64,000 nucleotides of DNA from NCBI GenBank assembly GCA_002189035.1, contig NEEC01000010.1, positions 2,852,001 through 2,916,000 of the forward strand, written 5' to 3'. The notes beneath the pieces were generated by a model that saw only the letters and a program-made list of their open reading frames with translations, was not told where the DNA came from and did not search any database. Of the stretch, positions 24,553-38,298 are shown one piece after another; the first letter of the stretch is position 1, and every line of letters begins with the position of its first letter. The position numbers were made by a program, and so were the translations under genes. Source of the stretch: Utricularia gibba. Lineage: Eukaryota > Plantae > Magnoliophyta.

Positions 24553-25217
24553 CCCGGTTTGGATATTCTAGTCACAGTTCAGGAGTGAAAATCTTAGTCT
24601 TTCCATTCAAATTCGAGAGCTCTTGTTGAAGTTTCTGAAATACTTAGTTTTCACAGATTAGAGCCATACCAAGATCAACATAAAGCTCAGAGTAACATGT
24701 ATCAGCAAGGGAATTGGCATATCCAGCACACTGAAGTGCAGCAGAAGCCATGCAGGATCATCCCAATATTCTCTATTTACAAGAATCTCAATGACTATAA
24801 AAGCAATTCGTTCATTTCATATTGAGTTACCGACAGATTATACGGTCTCCTTGTTGGTAAACCTCATCATGGTGTTTGAGATTGCTTGACAACAGAAGAA
24901 AAAATCTTGGGTTTGGCAATATAATATGACGGTAGACAATGAGAACATGTCACATAATTAGCCTATAATCAAGTGGAAACAGTGAACAAGCCTGTACATG
25001 AATCAAGTTGAGCGAATGAAGGGCACCAATACTTCCTCATTGTTTAGGCATAGAAGCTGCCACGAAAAGAAAACATGTGATGGGATGATGTAGTGAGTTC
25101 CACGCATTATGCTGGGTCCTCGAGGAAACCTGACAATGAAAACGGAGTAGGTATTCAGCAGGTAACTAAAACAACAAGATATTTTGAAACTTCAAGTCTA
25201 AGGTAATGCAACCTCTT

Positions 25218-28200
25218 TCAGTCTCCTCGCCAGTCAGTCAGTTCACTACGGGGTACACGTAGTTTTGCTGCAAGCTCTTCAGATTCCGTGTCATTCACAA
25301 CACCTCGGCATCTTGAAGAACCGCAACGGCAAACTAGTTTTTCGTCACTAGAAATGAACCTGCAAGACACATGGCCACAAAGCAAAGCGAAGAATTATGG
25401 ATGAAATGCTTGAAACAATGCCCACAGTTGATGAAGCTGTAGGTGGAAAGATTAAAAACCTGTAATCATATGTCAATTCTTCCCACTGCCTAAGATCTCG
25501 TTTGGCAAAAATGATGATATGATCATCACCATTGACGCTGATTACTCTTGAATAACAATTTGGCTACAACAAAAAAGAATAGAGATAAAAACCTAAAACG
25601 AGAAGCTGAGACAAAAAACTCATCTTGAGAAAACTCTAGCGAGACTGCAGTAAAATAGACAATCACCATTTTCAAGAGGCTGTTAGCAAACATGCATACT
25701 TTTCCATAAATTGAAATCTATGATCTACATGCATAGAAACTTAGCACCCAAGCATGAGATTTGATGGCACAAATGGATTCAAGAAACAAGACCACATGAT
25801 ACATACTTCACATGAGTGGTTTATTAGTTGAGCTATGCTTCCCGCTCTAGTGGCATCTACGACACTCTTATCATCAATGCGAAACATATATGTTCCAGCA
25901 CCCTGCATGAGGATTTAAAGCAGCAATATCAATAATTTTTTCAAGAGATTTCACAATAGCCAAGCTAAAACAGCCACATTAATAGTCTGGTGGAGCCCGA
26001 AATCGGCAAATCGGCAAGTGGCACGTGGAGGCAGGCAGAGGAGACACTAATTACTTCGCACCAATAAAAGTCTCCAATTCTAAGAAAGGCAGGCTTACCA
26101 CTAATGAATTGTAGATCATATGTTCTCTTCTGTCAGCAATAACGGGGCGGATAAGTTCACCAGTATATTCAATTACCTACAACCCAGAAAATTTAGCACT
26201 ATCACAGAATCAAATTGCTAAGGAAAAAAAAGTGAAAAATCACCATGTCTCCAGCCCTGATATGAAACTTAGTAAAGACACCAAAACCATGTATCCGAGA
26301 TTTCCCTGAAATAGGGTCCAGGAAACCCAATGATCAACATCTCATTTGATTGAACAGAATTTACACTTGAGAATTCCATACAACATAAAAATAAGCTGGC
26401 AAGAAACACAGGTGGCAAGATCAACTTATTGTCTACCAACATAGTCTATGGTGGTCGAACAGAATTTAGACTTAGTACTTCTATAGTAGAAAAATAACCA
26501 CTCGACATTTGGCAAGATCGACCACAAATAGTCAGCTTCAAACAACTAGTGCCAAACACAACACTTCTCGGTAAAGGGACATCATGGACTATGTGGGTAG
26601 ACAATCAAGGATTATGCAAAAAGCTGATTAATACAACACAAAAATTTAAGAGAGCAGAATGGATTAAGATAAGGGAAAGCATGAAATCCGAGTGCAGATA
26701 ACATATCACACTTGTTCTTTCCCATAAAAATGCTAAATTTATGAAATGCGAAATTTACCGAATGCCAGCCTTTTTCTAAATGTTTTGCGCATGAAATTAT
26801 ATTTATCAGCCACTGAAAGAATCTCATAAGATGGCTCAAGTCGAGAGTTTTGCAGCTTCTGAAGAGAAGGTCCATCGGAAGATTTGTCCCATAATGGCAT
26901 ATGGGGACTGCATCCACCAAGCAAGAAAGGCGCATTCTCCACATATAAGCGTTTTAATGAAGCAGCAGGCACATCTGATTTGTTTGTTTGGAGCTTTCCA
27001 AGAAAATCACGAGGCTCTGATTGCAATCACAATAAAAGGACTTAGTATAGGAATCAACCGAGAACCAAATACAGAGGAACCCCAACTAGTGTTTTCCATC
27101 TAAAAGAAAAATATGGACTAAAAGAGATAATTAACACCTGTACGAGCACAGCCAGAAGGATTTTCGGGTGGGATATAATTTGAATGATCATAGATCATTT
27201 TTTCATCATGCTCATTGTCTGGTAAACGTTCAGCTGACAATGGCCCATGCTTTTTACAGAAAGAAAGTAGTTGAATGCATTGACTCTCTTCATCGTCACC
27301 AACAGGGATCAAATGCACATCCTCATTCTCTGTCTAAAATAAGAAACACACATGGCTTGAAAATAGGCGGGGAGTGAAATTTGAACGATGATGAGTCCAT
27401 TTATCAATCAAGCGTCTTACCTCAAGGCAAAACCCAGCAGCACGTGCACATAGAGGATGATATGACACACGACAATTGTTATTTGAGCACTGTACAGAGA
27501 ACATAAGATGATGTATAGTTTTAAAAAGGAGTTTAGGGCACGGTTGTTCGTAAAGAGAAAAAAAGGAAAGCAAAAGCATTGTCATTTGAATCTAAATTCC
27601 CACATGCACTACGGCTCCATAGTCCATTGCTTCATCATGTGATAAACGCACTAGTCCTGTTGGGGGGGATTACCTGGATGCATGCCCCATAAGAAACGTT
27701 ACAGATGCTACAAACTAGTTTCCAGCGATCCTTCAAAATGAAACAACAATGGCATCAAGATGGAAACCAACTCTCCAAAACTAATGTAGCTGTGAGCAAT
27801 ACATCACAAATATCTCATCCTTCTTCTCGAGCATACACATTGTAAATAATCACAAGAACATATACCCCATGTTTCTCCTTCAAAGGGGTTATTAAACAGA
27901 ATAACTGCCATCAATCCTGTAGTCGATATCATAAGAAGCAGTACCTTGTTGATTCTAGATAGCCCATCAATTGGTTCCATTTTCTTTATATCAGACAAGC
28001 AGGTTTCTGTGTAAAAAAATAGCAATTTAATTATACACCATATTTGACACAATAACGAAGATAAAACCAAGAATATACTAGTCATGATCACAGCACCAAC
28101 CAGGTATCCATATGGCACAAGCAAGATGAGCCCAGCGCCCATCTGTTGTAGGCTTCATAGCACCGCCTGCAATAAATTCATACATCACATTGGAAAATCC

Positions 28201-31200
28201 AGATAGACACTCTTGAAGACAAAATGCCGAAGCAACCTTAAAACATGGATGGAAATAACTAATTACCTACAACAGGGCACAGACAGCAAGGTGGAGGTGT
28301 CTCTGGAGCCCCTGGACGACATAACTTGCACAACCACAGCACATCATCTGTAGTCTCAGGTTCTCCATAGCACCTAGCGTGCACCTGCAAAAATATCATG
28401 GAATATGAATAAACATACACATTCAACTCTAGTTTGATGAGCAGTCCAAAGAGGGTTGTTAACCAAAGCGCCTCCACAAAAGTCAAAACAAGGAAATGAA
28501 AAAAAGGATTCTCAAGAGACATGCATGTGCTTAGAAATATGAAGCATTGAAACTTGGAGGAAGTTACTTGACCCAATGAAGCTAAAAAGCTCAAGATTAA
28601 GAAGAGACACAAATTTGAAAGCAGGGGAGAATCAATTGCAAGGAAACAGAAGCGAAGCTTCACATAGGAACGGATCCTTGAAATAAAGTCTAACAAATTA
28701 CAAGGGAAAAAAATATATAGGTCCATGCAATTGTGAATCATCACATCAAAAAGGCAAGTTACCATCATTCGGCATTTGTCGCACTGAAGAAATAAATTGC
28801 TCTCGTACTCCTGAAATTAACATAAGGTCTACTAAGCAGATCCATCAGTAGGATAACTTTCACAAAACTCATCCAAGTAAACATTTTGAACCCTCTTGAA
28901 ATAAAAATAATTACCTCATCCATATGGCAAACATTGCATTTGTCAAGGTCTCTCCATTCAACATGCACACGCCTATAACCATAAGGAATACACTTGGATT
29001 TTCTATTAGCTAAATCATTTTTTTTGCTCATTTCATCATGGCTCACACAATCCCTGCTACTTGAATCGGAACCATCTTGATGCTCTCCACTGCCGCATTT
29101 ATTCACATCAGTATCACAATCTCGCAGTTTCAGCATCCTTTCAGGAAGTTTTTGCTCATTAAGATACCTGAGAAAATCAAATATATAGCTCAAGTGAAAC
29201 GAGAGTGAGAGATTATAACATCTTCTGATATGAATACACATCCATACAGACTCAGCTGAATAACACTCTATGGTACCAAAAATTGAAGATAACTGGATGT
29301 TCAAAACTCAATGACCAGAATCTTGGTATGAAAGAGGAGTGCAAAAGATGCTAAGAAACATTTTTTCCCCTTTACTTCAGTGGTTTCTTTTCACATGTGC
29401 AGAAGATGAAAACAGCCTGTAGATATGGACAATCTTCCATGGAGGCAGTGCAGCAAGGAATAAAAATGTATATGGAGTTAAACGCAAAATAACAAAATTT
29501 TTCCATCCAATAAAGAGGTATCAAGCACGTATCTAGCAAACAATATAGATGCCTTAATAACCCAATCATATAACAACATCATGCCATTTCAAGCCTGAAA
29601 AGTATCAGAAACTAACTAAAGCTTAATGGACACCATAATTGTATAGCAAACTCACATTCTTACTTCCTCCATTCCACGGATAAAAGTAGGTTTGCTGCAC
29701 TTAGCATGATAAAGAGAGACGAGGCCTGTGCAGAAAGAATATGCGTTCTTATGTTTTATCCTGTATGTCGAAAGAATAAAACAACATTGAAGTTTTCCTC
29801 AACCAAGAGCCTGAAAATATTCAAGAAACACTTCCACGAAATCCCAAGGCAAGTAGGTACTGACCTGGCAAAATCATGCGAACCAAAGAACTGTACTAGA
29901 ACTGTTTTTTCTCCAGACATTTTATTTAGACCCTTGTGTTTAGACACTTGAGATTCATCCATAACAATGGCTGGCCAGACAGCATGGCCTACGTCAAAAA
30001 TTTGAAAAATATAATGACCAGCATTTTGAGTAGTTCAGATGTGAAATGGTCATAGAAAATAACCATCACTGGAATCTGAGGGACAACAATATGCATCATC
30101 ACATGGTAACCAAACAAACCATCACAAGCAACAATGATCAAACCACGCACCGAAGCACAAGTAAAGATTTTTTTCTTTTTACTTCAGAAATATGCCAATC
30201 CATCCACATGATCCTTTTAAGTAGCATGTGATGAAAAAAATAGATCTATCTTAATCAAGATTTGATCATCCATGAAAATCTTAGACACACCAGCAAGTTT
30301 GGCCCAGATTACATCCCCCGTATCCATCTCCTGGCTGTCATCCAAACTGGCTGCCAAAATCTTCAGCTCATCTATATCAAGTCCATCTGATTCTGAACAT
30401 CTAGTACGTACTTTCAACTTCAAACTTCGCATCAGCTCTAGAGACACGTTAAACATTATTCTTTCATTGGAAAAACAGAGGTTTTCTTCGTCTCCGTCCT
30501 CATACCTTACCTGGATTCATAGCAAAGGCGCTATCGTAAGTATACTACTATCTAGAATAAGAAGAATCATATTGTACCACAAAAAAAAAGTTACCAGATG
30601 CCGGCCGGTGTCCGAATTATAACTGATCACGTTACCACAATACCAAACACCATCCAATGGCCACAAGACCTATGCATGTTGAATCCAAATTTACATTCAG
30701 ATTTTATTCAAGCCAAAGTGAATAATAGATGCTTTATTATGGCACAATAGCTGATCAAAGTGGCACACATAAAAGCAGTCTACCAGTAAATACAATCTCG
30801 ACTTATATGATTGCACATCAGGCAGATGTTAATTAATTTCATACCTTGCAATCTAACCCTACAAATTTCGTGGGGTCCTCATCTTCAAAACTCAACCTAC
30901 AAGAATTTTCATGCCAAATTAACTCCTATAACTTGCACAAGATATTAGATTTATCCAATTAAATCCAGGTGAAAGCAGAACACACCACTTCCAGGTTTTT
31001 CTCCGACCATCTCCTGCACTCTTCGGATCGTTTTCAGCTCTAAAAATGCGCTTCTTGGGCTTCCAAGTCTCAGCGCTAAGAAATTTTTTCGAGCATATCT
31101 TTTTCCTAAGTTCCCGAATAGTAATCTCACCACTGCTCAACTGCATTTCACCATCCAATTTTCCGGATGGCTTATCACAGACCGCCGGTTTCACCAACTC

Positions 31201-31608
31201 ATCCCTGTTCTCTATTCTAGCCCGTTTAACTCCGCGTTTATCATCACATAATCCTTCCAAATCGGAGGAATTTAACATTCCATGAAAAGAAGGGTTCTTC
31301 CGGTTCTTAAATCGTCTTGAATAAACCAGAGTTTCACGGGAATTCAACGCGATCGGCTTATCTCCAAACTGATCATCCGCATTAATTTTGGGCGTCGCCT
31401 CCTTGAACTTATTCGATCCCGTAGCGGTGACGGAAGGAGACGCAACCGAGTAAACTTCGCAAAGTGGTATACGCTCGTGCGAACAACTCAGCCCATCGCG
31501 TTTCCCCTCCTCTTCCCGTGACCCATTCTGCTTCCTTCCCTCATCCTCTTCATCCTGCGAATGCGACGCACCAGCAGCAGGCGGCGCAGACGCCAGAGCA
31601 AGCATCAT
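25218..31608 (-). CDS. ATX2: Trithorax-class histone H3K4 methyltransferase (ATX1/ATX2-like)
   Basis: Multi-exon gene. Tudor-like region ([10 protein letters not shown]), PWWP ([10 protein letters not shown]|HAVWPA), PHD ([12 protein letters not shown]...), ePHD, SET ([19 protein letters not shown]) and post-SET (CRCGSSRC). TGA at 25218. ATX1 versus ATX2 cannot be resolved here. Confidence 0.9.
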
Positions 31609-32175
31609 AGATACCTTGTGGGCGAGAGAGACTCCTTAGAACGGGATTCCTGCTAGGGTTTTCCAAAGAGGATCGCGCAAGGATTCCCGCCGATGAGAGC
31701 CAAAAAAAAGAGAGATGGCGCGGTGCTCGTCTGATATATATCATACAAGAATCCGTGCAAGCGCTCCCGCATTCATTGGCGACTTGGCATTTTTAGATTG
31801 GCTAATTTCTTAATAATCTATTATTATAATATATTTTTTGAATCTTTTACAAAATAAAGTATTTCCTAACATTTTAACTTTTATATTAAAAATTCAAAAC
31901 TTTTCCAAACTTCGGTACCATAAATATAATTCTGTGCTCGAGTATATTTCAAATTTTTTATTGCTCCCATAAAATTGAAATTCTGAATAAATGATTAAAA
32001 TTTTAGAAGAAACTTAGAAAATCTAAAAAGTAATCTAATATTTTTAAAAAAATAAATATTGATAATATTAATAAATATTGATTGCATATATCTCAAAACC
32101 CCCAAAAAAACATTTAAAAACCTTGGATCAAATTGAATCTCACAATATTAAAAATAAAAAAATAAAAATAAAAAT

Positions 32176-35100
32176 TCAATCACTCAAGTAGAAGGCAGCG
32201 CAGAAGAGTATGATAAAGTCTGTTAGCAGAAGGCCCACGGCATCAAACACGAACTTTGGGGCAAAGAGTCCCCAGACCTGCACCAGCACACACAAAAAGC
32301 ACTGAGACTCAGCTGCAGCAGTGATGGCGAAAGAGAGGTGGATACCATCAAATGGCGCCTGTGGAGTGTGACGCACAGCATGGAGAATGCGGTGGTTATG
32401 GCGGAGATGAATCCATATATCAAGTAAACCTGGAATGCAAGAGGGATGATAGAAGAGAAGATCAAAGCATGCTGATGATACGTCTCTTTTGCCTAACTTG
32501 GCAATGGCAGCTGTGAATTCAGGAGGACGGCTAACTAACCTGGCATAGTCTAGTACTGAAGGTGCGTCTCTTTTGCACCTCGGAATTGCAAGATGGGGCA
32601 AGGAGTAGAGGAAGCCCCAGCACGGGGAAGATGAGAGAGAAACCAAATGTGTCCAATGTGAGGAGAATTGCTTGAGGAATGAGGTGGAATTCATCAAATC
32701 TGAATGCGATGATAACAAAGGTGCAATGTGTTAGCACAAGCATGGGAAATTTGCAATGACAAGCCATGTTCTGTTCTCACCCTACAAAGGCAGCTGCATA
32801 TCTGAGGCCATCAAAAGAACACCTGCGATTTCTGGTTGTTAGGCAATGACATGAAGGGCGAAAAGGAGGTGAGTTATACACCACATGTATAAAAAGCCTA
32901 ATCGAATTTCCATATGTTTCTGAATTCTAAGGACTGAGGCCATATGGAGTATCTGCCTAAAACAAAGAATCATACCAGTGGCCAGAGCTGAAGAACATGC
33001 ACACACCCAAGAGGCTCCACTGGGTAACTGGTAGAACATAGAAGAGTAAATGTTTAGATGATTCCTTGTTGGAGTCCATTCTTAGTGTTGACAGCCTACT
33101 TATGCACCATCCTGTTGAAAAAAGTTTGAAAGTTTAGCATGGCGTTCAACATACAGGTGGAAAAAAAACTACCTTTGCTTTCTGTTGATGTACTATTTAT
33201 TTATTGAAATGATGAAAAACAACACAAGGTCTCCACACAAATAAACTAACAAAATGAAAGGGCACAGTGATTTTTGTTCCTGTTGTTTCCCAAATGCTTA
33301 ATAGTGAGTGCATGTTATCTAAGTTAGCCAAGATTAAAGAAGTGTGCAGCAAGATACACCATGTACCTCCAATGACAAACGCCAAGAGTATCATCGAACC
33401 TTGCTTTCCAGATAAAATAATGATTGTTGAACTCCCTGCAGACAGCAAAGCCAATGCTTTGCCAGTAGGTTCCATCCAATCCTTTGATCTAGTAGTAATA
33501 CCCCAACGAGATACAGCTAACAACATAAGTTGTAGAACCCCAGCAGCATACGTCAACCGGGGAATTAGATTTCCCTTCATACTCCCAAGCAACGGCTCCA
33601 GATTTAAGACAAGACTATCCGAGGCCCAAAACAAGGTTATGAAGAAAAAATTGAATAGTGTTATACCAACAACATACTTAAAAATACCCCCAGATGAATA
33701 TAAACGAATGCTCTTGCAAAGAATGAACGCAAGACTCATGAGAGACAGCATCTGTGTGACTTCAATCGTACAAATCCAGAACCAAGAATCAAGAGCGACG
33801 CCAAGATTTTGTGAAGGGTCAACCTTCAAGAAAAGCGAATTCACAGCCTGTTTCAATTGACCAAGTTCAATGCCGAACCTGAGAAAAACCATCAAGGAAC
33901 AAAGCAGCAACCCCTGCAGATTCCATGAGGAACTCATGAAGTTGCTTGGAGTTAAAAATCAGAAATAAAACAGTTATACACTTACTTCAACTAACAGCGT
34001 TCTCTTCCTTAATGCATAGCGTAGCTGGAGTATCGATGTTGTGGCAAGGAAAAAAATGGCTACTCGGCCTTCTTCCACTGCACTTCAATGAAAAAATAAT
34101 GAGACAAATAATTAATAATATGACTCAAAAATTAATAAGAATTGGGCAGTAGAAGGTGAGAACAGGATAAGTACAAATACTTACAAATATAGCTATTGGA
34201 AAGGAAACTGGAGGCACGTACTATGACCATGAAGGATGCGAGATTCACCCCCAACAGATTCATGTGATAACCAGACAACCATGAACCATGTTCACACAGC
34301 TTTTCAAATCTCTTGATGAACAGTAAATGCATATAAAATGATACTAACATAATAAAAATCCTAGTCCCATCATCTTCAAATTAAACTCAGTCCAGTTAGA
34401 TCGTGCTAGCTTTGCAACACTTTCAAGAAACAAGGAGAATGCATCAAGTAGCAGCTGCACTGAAGGCGATGATTCCAAGGAAGATTGATTCAATGAAAAA
34501 TTCATTGTCATAGACCAAAGCTCCTGTGCCTTGGAATAAAGATCCGACACATACAGCAATTCCTTGTCAGAAAATCCAATTAGGGACATTGATGAATAGG
34601 CATCAATGTACTTTTTCACCTACACGAATAAACACACGTCAGAATAGATACAAACACTGCTTTAACATTCTAAGAAGAACAGCTCCCTCAAAAGGTAAGC
34701 CTTCTAAACTTTAAATGTTACAGTAATGACATGCAAGAAAAAAAAAAAGCAGTAATGTATCTGATGTTGACTTGAAAAAGAGGAGTGGCAAGACTAGAAG
34801 AATCACTAAGAAATTACAACTCAAAAACCTGCCACGAATTAATACAGAGGACATTTGCATAGTCTTGAATCCACTTGCCAACTATGGATGCACTCTGATC
34901 AAATCCAACGGTGGCTATTTCATAGTTCCAGGAACCACCAGCTAAAGCCAAGATTTCAGGATTAACACGTCCAATGCTGCAAATAGGTAAATCACATCAC
35001 TACCCTTCAAAACAAGAAATCTGAAAATCAAAGAACTAACTTTGTAAAAAAGCGTAAAAATTACTTGAACGAAAACTATGATAAAGCAGCAGCACAATGG

Positions 35101-38100
35101 ATTACCTTCCAAAAGGAAAAGGCAGTCCAATAAGAGCAGACGCAGTTGCAGCAAAATCAAGCTGAAAATAACGACATACATTAATGAAAATTCCTGTAAC
35201 CCCAGATGACACAGCAGTAGTAGACCTGTTGAATAGAGTCAATGCAGATCATCCTCCCCTCCTGTAGAATATCAAGCCATATAAATTGTAATTCTCCATC
35301 TTGCTATTTGGTGCAAGGAGATATAGATAGAACTCCTTAGCAAACCAGACAAAAAGGAGGGATGCGATTTCTTGATAAGTCTAAGAAATTGGAACCAACA
35401 CACTGAGTAGGGAAATGATTACTCATACCATATCAAGTTGACAAGTTGAACTATAGGAGTTAGGTAGTGGCAGAATTGACTGCTTGTTCATACTCAGTGC
35501 AAAAAGTGCTGTTTCAACCTACACAACTTGCAGGGTGTTAAAAAGATTCTACCATCTGTGGTATATCTCCAATTGCAAATGGTACTATTGTACCTCTTCA
35601 GCTGTGCCTCCACCATGGTCACCATTAAGGGTCTGCCCATGATCACCCATTACCAGAAGCATTGTGTTTTCATGTAAATCACCAGGTCCACTTTGTCTCT
35701 CTAGCACACCAACCACTTTCTGTGTATTACAAGACCATTGTTCCAATTGATAGGTCAATCAACAAATAAACTCTTCATCAAGAAATAACACTGAGTGTTC
35801 ATATGACTCATGGGGTTAAGAGAGTTTACAATAAACCCAAGATTACGAGGATTTCTTAACCCATTAGGGAGGGTTTATTTAAACCTCCACCTCCCTCCGT
35901 TTTTCTTTACATAATCTCACATGCTTCATATCAAAATTTCCCTTAAACATCATTTCTACTTATCACCCCTTAATACATATACCTGCAGTTAAAAAGAAAT
36001 GCACGTATGCAATGTTTACACATTTTTAGGGCACCTACAATGTGGAAAACAATAAAAAATTTCAAGCATCACAAACACGTATTTCCAGTTCTTGCAATGT
36101 AAAAAATAATAAAAAAATATTCAGCTAATGTGTGCCTGCACAAAATTTTCCTCTTCTGACCACATCACTAGTAGATAATGGAAGAGAAGTTTTGATTGCA
36201 CAAACTGCAAACCCTAATTTAAGGCTATTTTTGTAAATTAACAATTTCTAATTCCATTATATCCTAAACACTACAACCAAACATGGTATAAAATACATTT
36301 TTAATCCTACTAACCAAACATCACGTAAAAAAATATCCCTTTATATCATCCTTATCTAAACCCACGTAAATTAAACCCTTTCTATCCTAATATCATCAAC
36401 CAAACACAACCCAAATGTATTTCAAGCCCATTTGGACGTTGAAGCTGTTTTTTTTTGTATAAGATGAAGCACCTTGATAATTTCGTTGTATTGCTCCAAC
36501 TTCTCAATCATCGGGGGAGAGTCAACACCAAATATATGCCCAGCATGATCCTATCTTAACAAAATCAATACTGGAAATTAATTAATAGCAAACAGACTCG
36601 GAAAAAAATAAGTCAAAAACAGCACTCAAAGATGACCATGCGATGGATCAGGTAAATAAAGGGAAGTTTTAAACAGAATAATTTGAGAACCGTAAAAGAG
36701 CGACAATGTAACCCATTGTATAAATTGAGAGAAAAATCAATCGAAAAGAATTGAAAATACGTGAGAGAAATGATGAAAAGTGTAGAAAATAGAAGGAAAT
36801 GTTGCAGAGAGAAGTGGCTTACCATGCCAAGAAAATGTGCTATCAGCACATCCCAATCTTTTTCATAAAGAGTAGGGATTAAGTTTTGTATGCATCCATC
36901 ATCTACCTGCCCAGAGGAATATATGAAATACAACATCATCTAAATTTCAAAGAAACAAAAATTGGGGGGTGCATACCGTATGAAGATCTTTGACATTAAA
37001 AGATGGAAATGGATAAGATCTAACGAAATGATTGGGAAACAATTTCACCCATGTGTCGTCTCCCATCATCACTACCCTTTTTCCATTCTGGACCAACTGT
37101 GACCAACATTGTGTGTTAGAACTAAAGGTGCACATGAAACGTAACAGGCCATCAGCTCCCTGAATTGTACACTTTACATTTAAGATGTCGTATTCATTCA
37201 AAAATTTATGAGCAGAAATGCTCATTAAAAAAAGATTTTTCGCTATAAAGCGCCAAATTGGTTTTACCATTCACAACACAGAACAGACCTGTTGCATCCA
37301 GTTATCTTCAACAATTTCTGGGGCACCAAAACTGTTTCCTACATCAATAAATGTGGGAAGCCCTCCAGTGGTCAAACCCTGAAACAACAGATCCGCTACG
37401 TGTTAATAATCCCCTGCCAAAGCTATTGCAGCTTCAACTCTTGTCCATCATATCATTTGCCAAGATAAAAAGAATCTTCAACGAGACCCAAGGTTATAAA
37501 GAATAAGCTATTGCATTCACCTTCAGACGCTGCAAACTGGTGGTAGGGGGGTCAGAAAAAGCCTTGAAGATTTTTGCTGCTGACCCATTCCGACTAGCAA
37601 GGTCATGTAACACTTCTAACTTATCCATCCATTGTTTTTTCTCTAGGGAGAAAAAATCAAAGCAAAACTCAGAAGAATAATGCGAGGAGGGGTGGATGCA
37701 ACAAAAAACATTAAGCTAGAAATTTGAGAACTTGCCAGCAAAAAAGGTACTTGGAGCAACAAAATCAAACCTAAAGTATCAGAAACAATTACGATCAGAG
37801 ATTAAAAAATGTAAGTCACAGAAGGCCACAGTGCAACAAGATCAAATTGCGAACCTGAGAGCATCAAGAACTATGATCACAAGACGATTAACAGCGGGTT
37901 TTGTCCAACATACTTGGCTAGAGTTGTGATCACGTGGAGGAGGAAAACAAGGAGACCCATAAACGTCATCGCACTGGCTGTACAATGAGAGCTCTGAACG
38001 TGTGAGAAGGAAACCCCTGGTAAAAATGAAAATAGCGATTCCATGAACCAGGAAAAGCACCAGGAACACCCATTTTACGCCAATCCAATCCACTCCTCCC

Positions 38101-38111
38101 CCAAACCCCAT
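32176..38111 (-). CDS. PIGO: GPI ethanolamine phosphate transferase 3 (PIG-O/GPI13)
   Basis: Motifs [31 protein letters not shown]|[31 protein letters not shown], and C-terminal RRHLM|[12 protein letters not shown]. Confidence 0.92.
36222..36413. mobile_element. Degenerate Tourist/PIF-Harbinger-like MITE in a PIGO intron
   Basis: AT-rich segment with repeated AACCAAACA ending CAACCAAACACAACCC; the left end (GGCTATTTTTG) is degenerate. A similar end, GGCTTTGTTTGGTTAG, occurs at ~41596. Confidence 0.35.
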
Positions 38112-38174
38112 TTCGCCAGCAATCCCATCTGCGTTCGAGAACGTAGATGCAAGTAGTGCAAATTGTTGGGTTTT

Positions 38175-38182
38175 TAGGGTTT
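38175..38182 (-). promoter_or_regulatory. Telo-box (AAACCCTA) upstream of PIGO
   Basis: TAGGGTTT on the plus strand, 64 bp upstream of the PIGO ATG. Confidence 0.5.
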
Positions 38183-38298
38183 ACTCAATTTGAATTCAAG
38201 TATATTAAATAGTTTTATATAATCATTTTCTAAATTTTAAATATAAATAAACATAATAAAAATAATTCATTATTAAAATAATACTGCACACGCCACTT

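Noticed and set aside
33267-33860. 197-aa plus-strand ORF inside PIGO
   Set aside because: It is antisense to a hydrophobic PIGO exon; such exons often leave the opposite strand open.
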